From Eledone cirrhosa (lineage: Eukaryota), in assembly GCA_964016885.1 (NCBI GenBank), contig OZ024740.1:236468001-236532000 (forward strand): 64,000 bases of DNA, read 5' to 3'. The notes under the pieces were generated by a model. It worked only from the letters and a program-made list of their open reading frames with translations, was not told where the DNA came from and made no database searches. Within the stretch, counting starts at the first letter, position 1. Each line of letters starts with the position of its first letter. Of this stretch, positions 1 to 12,109 are shown one piece after another. A program made the translations under genes and the position numbers.

Positions 1-1100
1 GTGTTGGATGTAGTGGTGTGTTGGCTGTAGTGGTGTGTTGGCTGTAGTAGTGAGTTGGATGTAGTGGTGTGTTGGCTGTAGTGGTGTGTTGGATGTAGTG
101 GTGTGTTGGATGTAGTGGTGTGTTGGATGTAGTAGTGTGTTGGATGTAGTGGTGTGTTGGCTGTAGTGGTGTGTTGGCTGTAGTGGTGTGTTGGCTGTAG
201 TAGTGAGTTGGCTGTAGTGGTGTGTTGGATGTAGTGGTGTGTTGGCTGTAGTGATGTGTTGGCTGTAGTAGTGTGTTGGATGTAGTGGTGTGTTGGCTGT
301 AGTGCAGTGTTGGCTGTAGTGGCGTGTTGGCTGTAGTGGAGTGTTGGCTGTAGTGGTGTGTTAGCTGTAGTAGTGTGTTGGATGTAGTGATGTGTTGGAT
401 GTAGTGATGTGTTGGCTGTAGTGGAGTGTTGGCTGTAGTGGTGTGTTGGCTGTAGTAGTGTGTTGGATGTAGTGATGTGTTGGCTGTAGTGGTGTGTTGG
501 ATGTAGTGATGTGTTGGCTGTAGTGGAGTGTTGGCTGTAGTGGTGTGTTGGCTGTAGTAGTGTGTTGGATGTAGTGATGTGTTGGATGTAGTGGTTTGTT
601 GGATGTAGTGATGTGTTGGCTGTAGTGGTGTGTTGGCTGTAGTGGTGTGTTGGCTGTAGTGGTGTGTTGGCTGTAGTAGTGTGTTGGCTGCAGTGGTGTG
701 TTGGATGTAGTGGTGTGTTGGCTGTAGTAGTGTGTTGGATGTAGTGATGTGTTGGATGTAGTGGTGTGTTGGCTGTAGTAGTGTGTTGGCTGCAGAGGTG
801 TGTTGGATGTAGTGGTTTGTTGGATGTAGTGATGTGTTGGCTGTAGCGGAGTGTTGGCTGTAGTAGTGAGTTGGCTGTAGTGGTGTGTTGGATGTAATAG
901 TGTGTTGGCAGTAGTTGTGTGTTGGATGTACTGGTGTGTTGGATGTAGTGGTGTGTTGAATGTAGTGTTGTGTTGGATGTAGTGTTGTGTTGGCTGTAGT
1001 AATGTGTTGGCTGTAGTGGTGTGTTGGATGTAGTGGTGTGTTGGATGTAGTGTTGTGTTGGCTGTAGTAATGTGTTGGCTATAGTGTTGTGTTTGATACA
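1..1100. repeat. 15-bp minisatellite (GTGTTGG[A/C]TGTAGTG)n, runs off the window start
   Basis: Continuous tandem copies of GTGTTGGATGTAGTG / GTGTTGGCTGTAGTG. The 257-aa minus-strand ORF is a translation of this repeat. Confidence 0.95.
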
Positions 1101-1809
1101 GTAGTGCCGTCAGAAAAATCATAGAGATTCCCAATTACACACTATATTATCACTATAAAATGTTTTTATGGAAAAAATTTAAAGAAAATTTACTACGCAG
1201 AGAGAGAGGGGAAATATAAAGAATATAAAGCGAGAGTGAGAGAGAAAGGGAGTGATGAAAAGTACCATTCTTTCAAATAGTACATGTCAAAAGTTCATTT
1301 CACTGACCAAAGAATTTAGCAATTGCTTACTAAGATTTTACTTACCAACACACACAAATACATATATAGATTTATAATACATTCACCCACACATACACAC
1401 ATACACATATGGGTACATACACCATATTCTGACTTAAAACTGGACAATCACAACCCCCTACCTTCTTCAAAAACCATCTGAAGTCCCTAAAGTGGAGAAT
1501 TTCTACTCAAAAGAAGCATCAAATTTTATTTTGTTAGGATATTGTTCTGGTAAGTATCTTATATCTTTAAAGTAGAGAAATTTTGTTGAAATTACCACAG
1601 GAATGACATTATATTACTTTTGTTTACAATATTGTAGTGATGTGTCTAAAAGATAAAACCCAAAAAGTGTAGCAAGGGACATGCCTTAGGGTATATCTAT
1701 CTTGCTAGGGCCATGGACTTATGTAGGTCTTCATTACTAGTGTGTGTGTGGGGGGGGGGGGTGCTAGGGCAAATTTCTTCATCTGTCTTGCTTTAAATCC
1801 AGTCCAGCA

Positions 1810-2330
1810 GTCAAAGATGGATGACTGCTCTGCTCATAAGTAATACAGCAAATGATTTGAGTCTATTTCTTAAAACTATTTCCAATTTTGTTATACGATT
1901 GGAAATACAAGCGGCCAAAATGAGATTCCTCGGAAGGGTCTTTGGAGTAACGTTACTTGATAAAGTGTGTAGCTCGGAGATCAAAGAGTCATTCACAGTA
2001 AAGCCACTACTTCTCTGAATTGAGAGATCACAGCTCTGATACTATGGGCATGTGGTAAGAATGTCTCAGGAAAGAATCACTGGACAGATTTTACGGACAA
2101 AACCAACCGGCAGGAGACACAGGGGTAGACCCTGAGCAAGATAGTTGGCTAACATCCTTGAGCTTGGCTGGTCCCACTTGGGGATCCAACCAGATCTGTT
2201 GGAGATGGTTGCTTCTGACAAAACCTGCAGGAAGGAGTGTTTGAGGACTCTGCCCCATGACCCTCTCAGGAATAAGTCGGCAAAGAAGAAGAAGGAGAAG
2301 GAGGAGGAGGCAGAGAAGAAGAAGAACCTT
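1810..2330 (+). mobile_element. Degenerate 3' end of an RTE-clade LINE, intronic
   Basis: Translation IQAAKMRFLGRVFGVTLLDKV..IERSQL..YGHVVRM..GRRHRGRP is typical of the RTE C-terminus, with internal stops. An (AAG/GAG)n tail follows. Confidence 0.75.
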
Positions 2331-2402
2331 TTGATATTAATAAATCCTGTAATCATATTTATGACATTTGTTAATTTGATGGTTTGTTTTCTGATATTGC
2401 AG

Positions 2403-2555
2403 GAATGGGCCCCATGCCCTGGACTATTAATTCTGAGATCTACCCATTGTGGGCACGAAGTACTGGCAATGCAGCAGGCACCTTTACTAACTGGTTTACC
2501 AATTTGATTGTGTCAATGTCTTTCCTTAGTCTGACAGAAGTTCTTACAAGACATG
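2403..2555 (+). CDS. SLC2A13: Proton myo-inositol cotransporter (HMIT/SLC2A13-like MFS sugar porter), penultimate coding exon
   Basis: Encodes GMGPMPWTINSEIYPLWARSTGNAAGTFTNWFTNLIVSMSFLSLTEVLTRH, recognisably HMIT TM10-11. Acceptor tgcAG ends at 2402, exon is 153 nt (phase 1 to phase 1), donor is G|GCAAGT. Confidence 0.9.
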
Positions 2556-2639
2556 GCAAGTTTTTAATTCCATCTCTACATTCATCCTTGAAATTCTTAT
2601 CTTTTATATGTCCATGTCTAAGGAGAAACAATTTCAATA

Positions 2640-2857
2640 TACTGTATATACTCGAATATAAGTGAATCTAAATATAAGCCAACGACCCCTATTCTATGTC
2701 TGAGAAATGGGCAAAAATCCAAACTCCATTTATAAACTGGGGCAGCTAATCAACACATTGTTTAGATGGCATATATAAGCCACCCCACCCCTGCCCCCAT
2801 TTTAGCATCGATTTTTTGGTCACATATTCCTTGGCTTATATTTGCGTATATATAGTA
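2640..2857. mobile_element. Tigger/pogo-like MITE
   Basis: Imperfect terminal inverted repeats TACTGTATATACTCGAATATAAG / CTTATATTTGCGTATATATAGTA with TA ends. Confidence 0.55.
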
Positions 2858-4392
2858 TATTTTCCAAACCGCAGAGAATATATTGCTAAAATGTTTTTAT
2901 TAGAATTACATTGGATGAAATTTCATACTTTTATTTATATAGTTATTCTCATTGATGAATAAGTCAGTAATCCATCTAATATGATTTCTTTTCATTTTGA
3001 TATAGAAATATGAAAACCAAATCAAGTAAATTTTATTCTAATCTTTTAGCCAACCATGTTAATCATATTTTCTTATCATCAACTTCCATTAAGAAAATAG
3101 ATCTTTTTTATAAAAAGAAAATGGAATACATCAGATCAATTACTGTCTTCTGAGTGATCCTTCTAGAAGAAATTTACTTTTATTCTCTTCACATATGTAA
3201 ACCATGACACCATTTAAAACAGTGACATATATTTACATGTTAACCTACAAACTGTTGGTTTGTTAAACTCACACTAATGTAGAACAACAGTCAAAATGCC
3301 TTGAGGTATTTATTTATATCTCTTCATGTTTTCATTTCAAAGTTCATTGGGATTGACTTTGCTTTTCATTCTCCAGGTTTGGAGAGTTAAATACTGAAGT
3401 TGAGATAAACAATAGCCTTCTCCCCAAATTTGGCCATGTACATATATTAGAAATCATTAATATTATTATTACCAGTATTTGGAAGTGGGTTGGCAGTATT
3501 AAATGTTTGAGGTATTTAGTTTCATCACTGTTTTGAGTTAAAAATCTTGCTGAGGTGAATTTTGCTTTCATCTTCCTTAAGTTTATTAAAAATAAGTAGC
3601 AGATAATTACTAGAGGTCAATATAATCGACTATTTCTTTCACCTTGTTCTAAACTATGTTAGAAACTATCATTATCAGCTCAACCTATGGTGATGTCTTA
3701 GGGCACCGTTGTGACTCATGGCATGCCTTGAGAATTTTATGAGAACTAATTATATGGGAACCAATCCCTTTCAAGGTTTGGACTCCACCAGTACTTTGCA
3801 GAGAGAAGGAAAGAGAGAGAAAAGAAGAATTTTCTCTAGTACTACTGTCATATTTTATTTATTGACCCTCAAAAGGATAAATGCCAAAGTTGATTTCAGT
3901 AGAATATGAACTCAGAACGCAAAGAGCTGAAAGAAATAAAACAAGGCATTCTAACAACTCTTCCAGCTTTCTGTCTATTATTAGTTCTATCATATTGCCA
4001 AAGACTGAATGTTGGGATTTATTTCAGTACAATTCCTGGTATATAAACACAATTAATTATCCTCTAGACCTTCTCTCGTTGTATAGTAGAACAGTAAAAT
4101 CCAAGGAAACTAAACAAATAACAATAACAAATATCAAACAGTGCAATAAATTTTATATGATTAGAAAGAAGACCAACAAAATCTTTCTCACAAAGCATTA
4201 GACTTCTCTATTTTTCTCACAACATAAAAATTATTTTACTGTTTGAATCTTTTTGCTTCTTTAATTGTAATTGGGGCCAGAATTGATCTTTCTGTTAGAA
4301 TATTGCTAATGAAAGGTATCAACTGTTTAAACCAAAGCATCTTTACTGGCAATATGTTGACAATGTGGAAAATATTTTTACTGTGTGGATGA

Positions 4393-4745
4393 CAGCATGG
4401 TTGAATAGTTAAGGAGTTTACTTCCCAATCCTTGGGCCTCTAGTTCAATCCCACTATGTGTCATTTTCAGCAACTGTCATTTACCATAGGCTCAGGGTGA
4501 CCTATGCCTTGTGAGTGAAAGGGAGTAGACAGAAACTGTTTGGAAGCCTGTCAAATGGACTGTACCTGTAATCTAAGGGGCCATACTTGTTACATACTAT
4601 GTCATGCTGAAAGTCCTTGAGAATTATGTTAAGGGCACATATGTCTGTGCAATGGTCATACATTACACATTAATTTTAGGAACAGGCTATTCTGTTGATT
4701 GAACAACTAGAACACCCAACAATAAAACTGACAGAGATCCATTCC
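4393..4745 (+). mobile_element. Degenerate tRNA-derived SINE (octopus OR-like CORE-SINE)
   Basis: A-box-like TGGTTGAATAGTT and B-box GTTCAATCCC, followed by a GCCTTGTGAGTG..GTAGACAGAAACTG..GAAGCC body. Confidence 0.55.
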
Positions 4746-4868
4746 ATTTTTATTGATAATATACATACAGTGGATGAGAAGTTACTGGAGTTGAACTGTA
4801 CAGCAGGCATTACGCTGAGCAAGGCAATCTAAGTGTCTTTACACAGCTGCTTGATACTACTGTTTTAA

Positions 4869-5093
4869 CCCTTTAGCATTTAAACCGGCCATATCCAGCT
4901 AGAATTCTCTCACCTCTTTCTGTTCAAACCGGCTATAACTTGCTACTCATACTTATGTTAAGGCATTGTTCTCAAAATAAATAATATGAAAATCTCATAG
5001 ATTTCTATATTATGTGAGATATTATGTGAGGTAAAGACTTTACTATGAAAATACAATAGTATATATATAAAGTAATGTAAATGGTAAAATGTT
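4869..5093 (-). mobile_element. piggyBac-type MITE (same family as 23309-23528, opposite orientation)
   Basis: TTAA|CCCTTTAGCATTTAAACCGGCC terminus. The internal sequence is the reverse complement of the other copies and the far TIR is decayed. Confidence 0.7.
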
Positions 5094-5874
5094 ACAAAAG
5101 GAAGGACATGTTAAATATTATAATCCTAGATACATTGTCTGAAAAATTACAAAATGGTAACAGCTGGAATGCTTTAGCTCATAGGTTTGCTCAACCAGAA
5201 ATAACTTAAAGCAAAACAACAATAATGCATTACACATAGCTCCATTAATCTCATTTTCTAACAGATGTGTGCTTGTTCTTATGAAAGACATAAAAATATT
5301 AGATATTTACCGGATTTGCAGAAATACTTGTATATTCCATATACAAGTGTGTGAGTCTGTATGTGTACATGTGTGTATGAATGTATACGAATACATAGCC
5401 ATGTGTCATTAAAAATCTGACTAATAAATTATCTATAATTTTCCATCAGGATTTTTTAACTTATGGATTTTAAGCTTTATTGTTGCAACACGTCCATTAT
5501 TCAAGTGTACTTCACACAGTTAAAAAATCTTAGTTTTTGAAATTATTTCATGTCTAAAATAAATTATGTATGTATGTATGTGTTATGTATGTATGTTTTT
5601 CTGGTTTTATAATTTCACAAACTTTTACCAATAGAGAGAGAGTCAGTTTCTAACATAGATACAAGACTCTCTCATTGGAATTTGAACAACATCAGCTCGG
5701 TAGATATGTATGCATGTCTGCATGCATGTGTGTGCAGGTATGTATGTTATTATATGTGTGGATGTGGATGTTTTGAGTTGTGTATGTGCATGTGCATATG
5801 CTTTGTATCTATACAAGAGCAGAATTTTTGGAATGTTTTACATATGTATGTATGTATGCATACATGTATGTATG

Positions 5875-6062
5875 CGTCAAAAGACACATGAGAACACACA
5901 GCCAGAACAAAGCAATGGAAAGTCCCGGAGGAGCCTACAGTTGCCATATATGTGCCAGAGGGTGCAAGTCTTTGGCTGGTTTAAAGAGCCACATTCATGT
6001 CTCACATTTTTGAGCATTTTATCAGGCGATGGCAATGCTCGAACACGAGTTTGCAGAGTTTG
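5875..6062 (+). mobile_element. 3' fragment of a C2H2-zinc-finger-tailed RTE-like LINE
   Basis: KRHMRTH...YSCHICARGCKSLAGLKSHIHVSH* flanked by (TGTA)n. The architecture matches the tail of the element at 36860-38200. Confidence 0.5.
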
Positions 6063-6109
6063 TATGTATGTCTGTATGCATGTATGTATGTGAGATATAT
6101 ATATATATC

Positions 6110-6385
6110 ATTTTTCATTTCATTTCATTTTTACGTCCGCTTTTCCCTGCTTGCAAGGGTGGGACGGGAACTGATTCTGGCTTGATTTCTACAGCGGGAT
6201 GCCCTTCCTAACACCAACCTCATTTACAGTGAGTGCTGGGTGCTTTTTTGCCGTGGTACCTCCACGACCACTTTGCAGTGGAATGATAGGGACCCCAGTC
6301 CCTATCATCTCATTTCTACAGCTGAGTAAACTGGAGCAATGTGAAATAAAGTGTCTTGCTCAAGGAAATAACACATCGCCCGGTC
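6110..6385 (-). mobile_element. 5'-truncated SINE with an RTE-derived 3' tail
   Basis: Near-identical to 38815-39082. The tail CCCACCCTTGCAAGCAGGGAAAAGCGGACGTAAAA is shared with the RTE LINE end at about 44120-44160. Confidence 0.8.
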
Positions 6386-6422
<37 letters not shown>

Positions 6423-6534
6423 ATGTGTGTGTGTGTATAGAAATATCCGTTGTGAAAGGAAAAAGAAAAACAGTGCTCAATAAGAAAAAGAGCAGAAATA
6501 TTATATTATTTATTTATGTTCAAACATGTAACAA

Positions 6535-6623
6535 AAACGCTACCTAAGGTTTCAAGACCCAATATTGGCCATTATGTCCAGAATATAAGAGGGATCAAAA
6601 TCGTGACCTATCTTCAGGCGCTT
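6535..6623 (-). ncRNA. Type I hammerhead ribozyme
   Basis: Minus strand: stem I AAGCGC/GCGUUU, core CUGAAGA, stem II closed by AGGUC/GGUCU, GAAA, near-palindromic stem III ACCUUAGGU, GUA cleavage triplet. Confidence 0.75.
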
Positions 6624-7304
6624 ATAAGAATTTATAAGATACTGTTAAAAGTAATATATTATAAAAATGTTAGTTTATGAAAAACATATAATTAAGGGAA
6701 ATAACTGCAGCAGTCCAGTGACAATAAGTGTTGCAGAACAACAGATAGTCCTTGATGCTTTTATTTGAAAGGTGACACTTGGCAGCAGGCTTAAAAGCCT
6801 GAAAGTTAAAGTCAGATATTAGAAGATGATATGTTTGACAAAGTTGGGCTTAGATATATGAACTGGAAGCAGTTGGATTTGACACTGCAAGTCAGCGTAT
6901 CATGTAATCTGTTTGAACACTGCTCTTGTGTAGTCTTCCATGCCGCTTATTTGGCTAAACAGTGCCTGTTATTGCATTATGAGCAAGTGTTTTTTTAACA
7001 CCAGTCTTAGATACACCCAATCGTACAGATATTTGGTGCTGAGAATAGCCTTCCTCATGAAGAAGGATGATATTTGCATGTTTTTCTCTTGAAATGGCGG
7101 GCATGTTAGTACTCAAAATGTATTAAAATGCTGACTTGGTATGCTATATATGAAAATATAATTCATAATATGATTGGTTGAATTCTGTACAATGATTGAA
7201 AAAAGTGTTTAAGTGTGATGATTTTGTGTGTTAGTGTGTATACTAAGGTTACTGATAATATGACAGCTAAAATACAGGTGGTCTCTAAATTATGAATAAC
7301 ACTG

Positions 7305-7332
<28 letters not shown>

Positions 7333-7335
<3 letters not shown>

Positions 7336-7945
7336 GTAAGTATGTATGTATACGTACATACATATATGTATACAGACGTACAGTAGTATGTATATATATA
7401 TACATACATGCACACATATATATATGTACGTATGGGTTTACCGAACATTTATTATAATGCTCGGTTTGTTTGTAAACAACAAACAGCCTGAATTACGCCG
7501 TACAGTGTTCAGGCAACCATCGTCACCTTTTTGTTCAACACTGACACAGGAACGATGTACTAGTTTCAAGCTTATTAGCTATCATCAGCATCGTATACCT
7601 TTCTGTCAGATGGTTGAACGTCTGAAAGTATATACTTTCCTTATGCATATTAACGGCTGAGCAACCTAATTTGCATATATATATACATACTACTGTACGT
7701 CTGTATACATATATGTATGTACGTATACATACTTACATTTAAGTAACAGCCGTACTAAGAGTGAGAAATGAAATTTCGTTTCATTCTTTTCCATTTATCG
7801 TTTTCGGTGCACCGGGCCGACTAACTCACTTGATATGCAAATTAGGCTGCTCAGCCATTAATATGCATAGGGAAAGTATATACTTTCAGACGTTCAACCA
7901 TCTGACAGAAAGGTATACGATGCTGACGATAGCTAATAAGCTTGA
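7333..7945. mobile_element. Two inverted, differently permuted partial copies of a small hammerhead-bearing element
   Basis: 7333-7400 is the inverted copy of about 7677-7738, and about 7567-7679 is the inverted copy of about 7834-7945. The locus is embedded in (TA)n. Confidence 0.75.
7552..7594 (-). ncRNA. Minimal type I hammerhead ribozyme
   Basis: ACGAUG-CUGAUGA-U-AGCU-AAUA-AGCU-U-GAAA-CUAG-UA-CAUCGU: 6-bp stem I, 4-bp stem II, palindromic stem III ACUAGU, GUA triplet. Confidence 0.85.
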
Positions 7946-8412
7946 TGCAGATTGCTACATGTTTGAAGTACAATTTGATAGGTTAAGGAAGATTATGTGA
8001 TTAGGCATGGAATTTGGGGGTAATTTTGCACCAAAATTTGTGAGTGCCATGGTTCTTTCAGTCTCATGCAGAAATGTGCTTCAAATTGCTGAAATTTTAA
8101 TAAATTTTAATATATATATATGCACACATGCTTATACATATATCTGTGTATGTACTTGTCATGTGTATCACTGTGTAGTAAAAGACAGCTAAATGGGTTG
8201 GTACCAGGATAGGCTTCAGACAGTAAAATATTGCATTAAAAAACATTTTATGTGAGCCAACAAGTCTTAATACTTGCTCTAATAAGAAAAAATGGCTGCA
8301 AAAAATGCATGTTCAAAGAAGAAGCATGTATGTATATGTATATGTAATAGCTATATGTAATGGCAAACTAAGTATAAAAAAATAATTGATTTTTCTCTCT
8401 ATCTATTTACAG

Positions 8413-8633
8413 GAACATTTTGGTTATACACAACCCTGGCACTGTTGGGAGGTATTCTGCTAGCATTTATCTTGCCAGAAACTAAAGGCAAAACTTTGGA
8501 GGAAGTCGAAGGTGTTTTTGCCAAGTCTTGGTGTGCACAAGGTCCAATTTTACCGTCCGTCAAATCTATACAATATGTCCACATACGTGGTTTAAATCGA
8601 GACGGAAGGGAGTCAGAACTGGATTCTCCTTAG
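8413..8633 (+). CDS. SLC2A13: HMIT/SLC2A13-like terminal coding exon
   Basis: Acceptor tttacAG ends at 8412. Continues in phase 1 as GTFWLYTTLALLGGILLAFILPETKGKTLEEVEGVF...IQYVHIRG...SP*. Contains the sugar-porter PETKG motif and an HMIT-like C-tail; TAG at 8631-8633. Confidence 0.9.
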
Positions 8634-8950
8634 GAAAGAGCTCAATAATGATGGCTGCACACTTTGGAACAGATTTATTTCTTCTTTTAGCAGAGCCAGT
8701 ATTCCATCTCCAATATTTGAGAGTTTAGTGAAAAATAATTAGGAAGATTAGTGGTTTCATTTACAATGCTGACTCTCTCTCTCTCTCTCTCACTTCACTT
8801 TATATATATGCCTCTTTCTTTTTAACCTTCTCTATACTCTCTTCTCTCACTCCCTATAATGCTCATTTGCATACAGCTTCACCCCAATACAGATACACAT
8901 ATGTCTATACATACACACATATTTATGTATATATATATGTATACACATAC

Positions 8951-8982
<32 letters not shown>

Positions 8983-9257
8983 CACATGTATATATATATA
9001 CACACACACACATACACAAATATATATGGATATAATATATATATACATGTATAAGTTTATACTTATATAAGTATATATATATACACAAGCAAACACACAC
9101 ACACACAAACCCGCACAAACCCACACAAACAAACACACACACATATACACACACACATATACACACACACATATACACACACCCCTCAAGTCATGTGACA
9201 TGAGATTTAGGTACTTTAATTTTAAAGAAAACTATTATACTGATTGAAGTGTTTTCC

Positions 9258-9263
9258 AATAAA
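9258..9263 (+). promoter_or_regulatory. Candidate polyadenylation signal for the SLC2A13-like gene
   Basis: AATAAA about 625 nt after the stop codon, followed by GT-rich sequence. Usage is not demonstrable from sequence alone. Confidence 0.3.
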
Positions 9264-9492
9264 GTATCAATATGTGATGTTTTATAGAATATATTGCCCT
9301 CCCCCACCCACTTATTCAATAATTAATCAACCAGTAAAACATCTGGTTATATTTGATAATTAGTTTTGAATTAATTAATCGTTGAGTTAATTAACTGCTG
9401 ATAAAAAGAATATCAAATGTCAGTTGATAAGCACTGTTGATAAAGTAGACTGTAGTGAAAATTTTCAAAGATTTAACAGCAAGCACAGTGAA

Positions 9493-9543
9493 AGCTATGC
9501 TTTGCTGATGAGGTCAGAATAAGACCGAAACATGTATGTAGTT
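9493..9543 (+). ncRNA. Minimal type I hammerhead-like motif
   Basis: CUGAUGA-GGUC-AGAAUAA-GACC-GAAA-CAUG-UA with palindromic ACAUGU. Stem I is imperfect (AGCUAUG/UGUAGUU with a 5-nt bulge). Confidence 0.65.
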
Positions 9544-10042
9544 GTCTCCCATACTTTCCTGGGAAAAATGAAAATATTAGTAGTCATTGACTAATATTGT
9601 TTTGTATTTTTCCTCGCCATATAAATATTTCTTCTTAACGTTTTAATGCTCCTTGCATTAAATATGTTGACACTAATTGAAAATTTATTTTAAATTTTTC
9701 ATACATATGGTATTTCTGTCTGAATTATTTATTTCTTAAAAGACTTAACATAACGACTGAAACAGATCTTATATAATTCTGAGGGATTTTGTAAACAGGT
9801 CTACTGTCAGTAGTAAACAGATTACAGTATGTTACAATTTTCGCACCTATTGCTCTGCATGTTTCTACCGCCATGGTTACCATAAAGTAGACACGATGTG
9901 TGTGTATGTGCGTGTGTTTGTGTGTGTATGTGTTGTTATATATATATATATATGTGTAGACTCGACGGTTTAAGCAGTTTACATGCATTAGATAATATTT
10001 CCACTCTCCTTTCTTTATATAGAGTACCAAGTTGAATAATGG

Positions 10043-10101
<59 letters not shown>

Positions 10102-10923
10102 GATGTCGAGCTGTGTGGGGAACTGACTGTTGATTTCATGTGTGAAGTAGGTATTATTTGGTGTCATATCCACACCAGACGACCCTTTTACCATGTCCCA
10201 TTAGTCCCCAGTGTATGAGGCATAGCTGGATGAGGCATAGTAAAATGGGTCTCTAGTGTGAATGTGGCAACAGATACAAATCCGTTGCCAGGTTTTGGTG
10301 TCTTGATGGAGATGAGGGTGGTTTCAGAACATTCTGGCAGAGCACTCTAATTCGCAATAATTCTAAGACAAAGTTTTGGAATAAGTATATTACTATAGAT
10401 GTTAGGGTGCTCCATTGACAAGTAGGTGGGATAGCAGTGCCATCCAGTACTATCTTGGAGATGGGTCCAAACAGATAATACATATGTCAAGTGCAAAACC
10501 AATGGTCACTCTCTCACTCTCACAACTCTATATGTTTACTCAACATACAGTTCTTTCATTGCTTGTTGACAATATGGCACTACACAACACACATACAAAT
10601 ATGTTAATATGTATGTATGCTTGGGCTCAACTCCTGATAGAGCTGTAGAGATGCTGTTGTGATATGCTGTACTTGTCTTCTCCGTCTGTTGCAGTTGCAT
10701 GCCAAATCTCAGGTCTATGTATGTATTAGATACTTATAATTAATTAATCAAAAAAGGAATGTCAGTGCCCATGACCTTTTTAAGGCATGCCCAGATAGAC
10801 CATATATAAATATATATAAATAGATAGATACACACACATAATATATACATATATATATATATGTATCAATATATATGCATGTGTGTCTGTGCACTACCTC
10901 CGAAATTTATGCACCTCCATTAA

Positions 10924-11124
10924 CCCTTTAGCATTTACATTACTCTATATATACTATTATATTTTCATGGTAAAGGCTTTACCTCACATAATATCTCACA
11001 TAATATCGAATCTATGAGATTTTGAAAGTATTTATTTCGAGAACAATACCTTAACATCAGTTTTTACCGACCAGTTACAGCCAGTTTCAACGATGAGAGG
11101 TAGAGAATTCTGGCCGGTTTAAGG
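10924..11124 (+). mobile_element. piggyBac-type MITE
   Basis: TTAA|CCCTTTAGCATTTACATTACTC start, homologous to 23309-23528. The right TIR is partly deleted and followed by TTAA. Confidence 0.75.
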
Positions 11125-11485
11125 TTAATGTGGGTAGATTAGATCTGTAAAAGTGTTACTGCATTGTTTCATGATATTATTTCACAAACCAACATCAGAA
11201 TCTCACCAAACATTGAACACAATCAGGTTTACACTCTCCAACCCTTTACTGCTTTTCCTCTTCCTCCCCCTCCTACTCCTACCACTACTACTGGCGTCTT
11301 TATTTCACCAGGTCATATATTTTATCCTTACTCTTCTTTCCCCTTAAAACTTGTTAAAAGATAAAGGCAGAGAATGTAAGGTGACTGATATATATATATA
11401 TAGGCAGAGAGAGAGGGGGTGAGGAGGAGGAGAAGAAGGTGGGAGGAGTTTACAAAGGGACTAAAAGTGCTGGTGGTTGGGAGAA

Positions 11486-11518
<33 letters not shown>

Positions 11519-11634
11519 CAGGTATAGAAAATGAAAGAGTGAAGGAGATGTAAAGAGGAAGGGAGTGAGTGTTCGTTTAGTTTTCTATAAGGATGTAGAT
11601 ACATAATAATTGTTGCCTAATATCTCTATGTTAA

Positions 11635-12070
11635 CCCTTTAGCATTTACATTACTCTATATATACTATTGTATTTTCGCAGTAAAGGCTTTACCTCACAT
11701 AATTATTCACATCAAATCTATGAGATTTTGATGATATTATTATTTGCTTTGATATTATTATTAAGGCGTTGGATTGGCAGTATCGGTAGAGGGTCGAACG
11801 CCATGCTTTGCAGCAAAGAGTTATGGCCCTTTATGGTTTGAGTTCAAATCCCGCCGAGGTTAACTTTGCCTTTCATCCTTACGGGGTCGATAAAATAAAG
11901 TACCAGTAATACACTGGGATAATTGCTGGCCTTGTGCCTAAAGTAGAAACAATTATTATTTGCTTTGAAAACAAGACTTTAACATCAGTATGAGTGACTA
12001 GTTATTCCGGTTTGAAGATAAAGAGGCAAGAGAATTCTGGCCGGATACGGCCGGTTTAAATGGTAAAGGG
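11635..12070 (+). mobile_element. piggyBac-type MITE interrupted by a SINE
   Basis: TTAA|CCCTTTAGCATTTA...TAAATGGTAAAGGG|TTAA, with a SINE at about 11763-11952 inside it. Confidence 0.85.
11763..11952 (+). mobile_element. tRNA-derived SINE (Meta-domain-like), nested
   Basis: A-box TGGCAGTATCGG, B-box GAGTTCAAATCC, central GCCTTTCATCCTTACGGGGTCGATAAAATAAAGTACC. Flanked by a duplication of ATTATTATTTGCTTTGA. Confidence 0.85.
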
Positions 12071-12109
12071 TTAAACATTGATCAGGGAAGAATCATAGTG
12101 GTGGGCTAC

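Noticed and set aside
361-1134. 257-aa His/Thr-rich minus-strand ORF
   Set aside because: Translation of a 15-bp minisatellite, with no independent coding evidence.
10140-10560. Possible old LINE 3' fragment on the minus strand
   Set aside because: Too decayed to assign with confidence.
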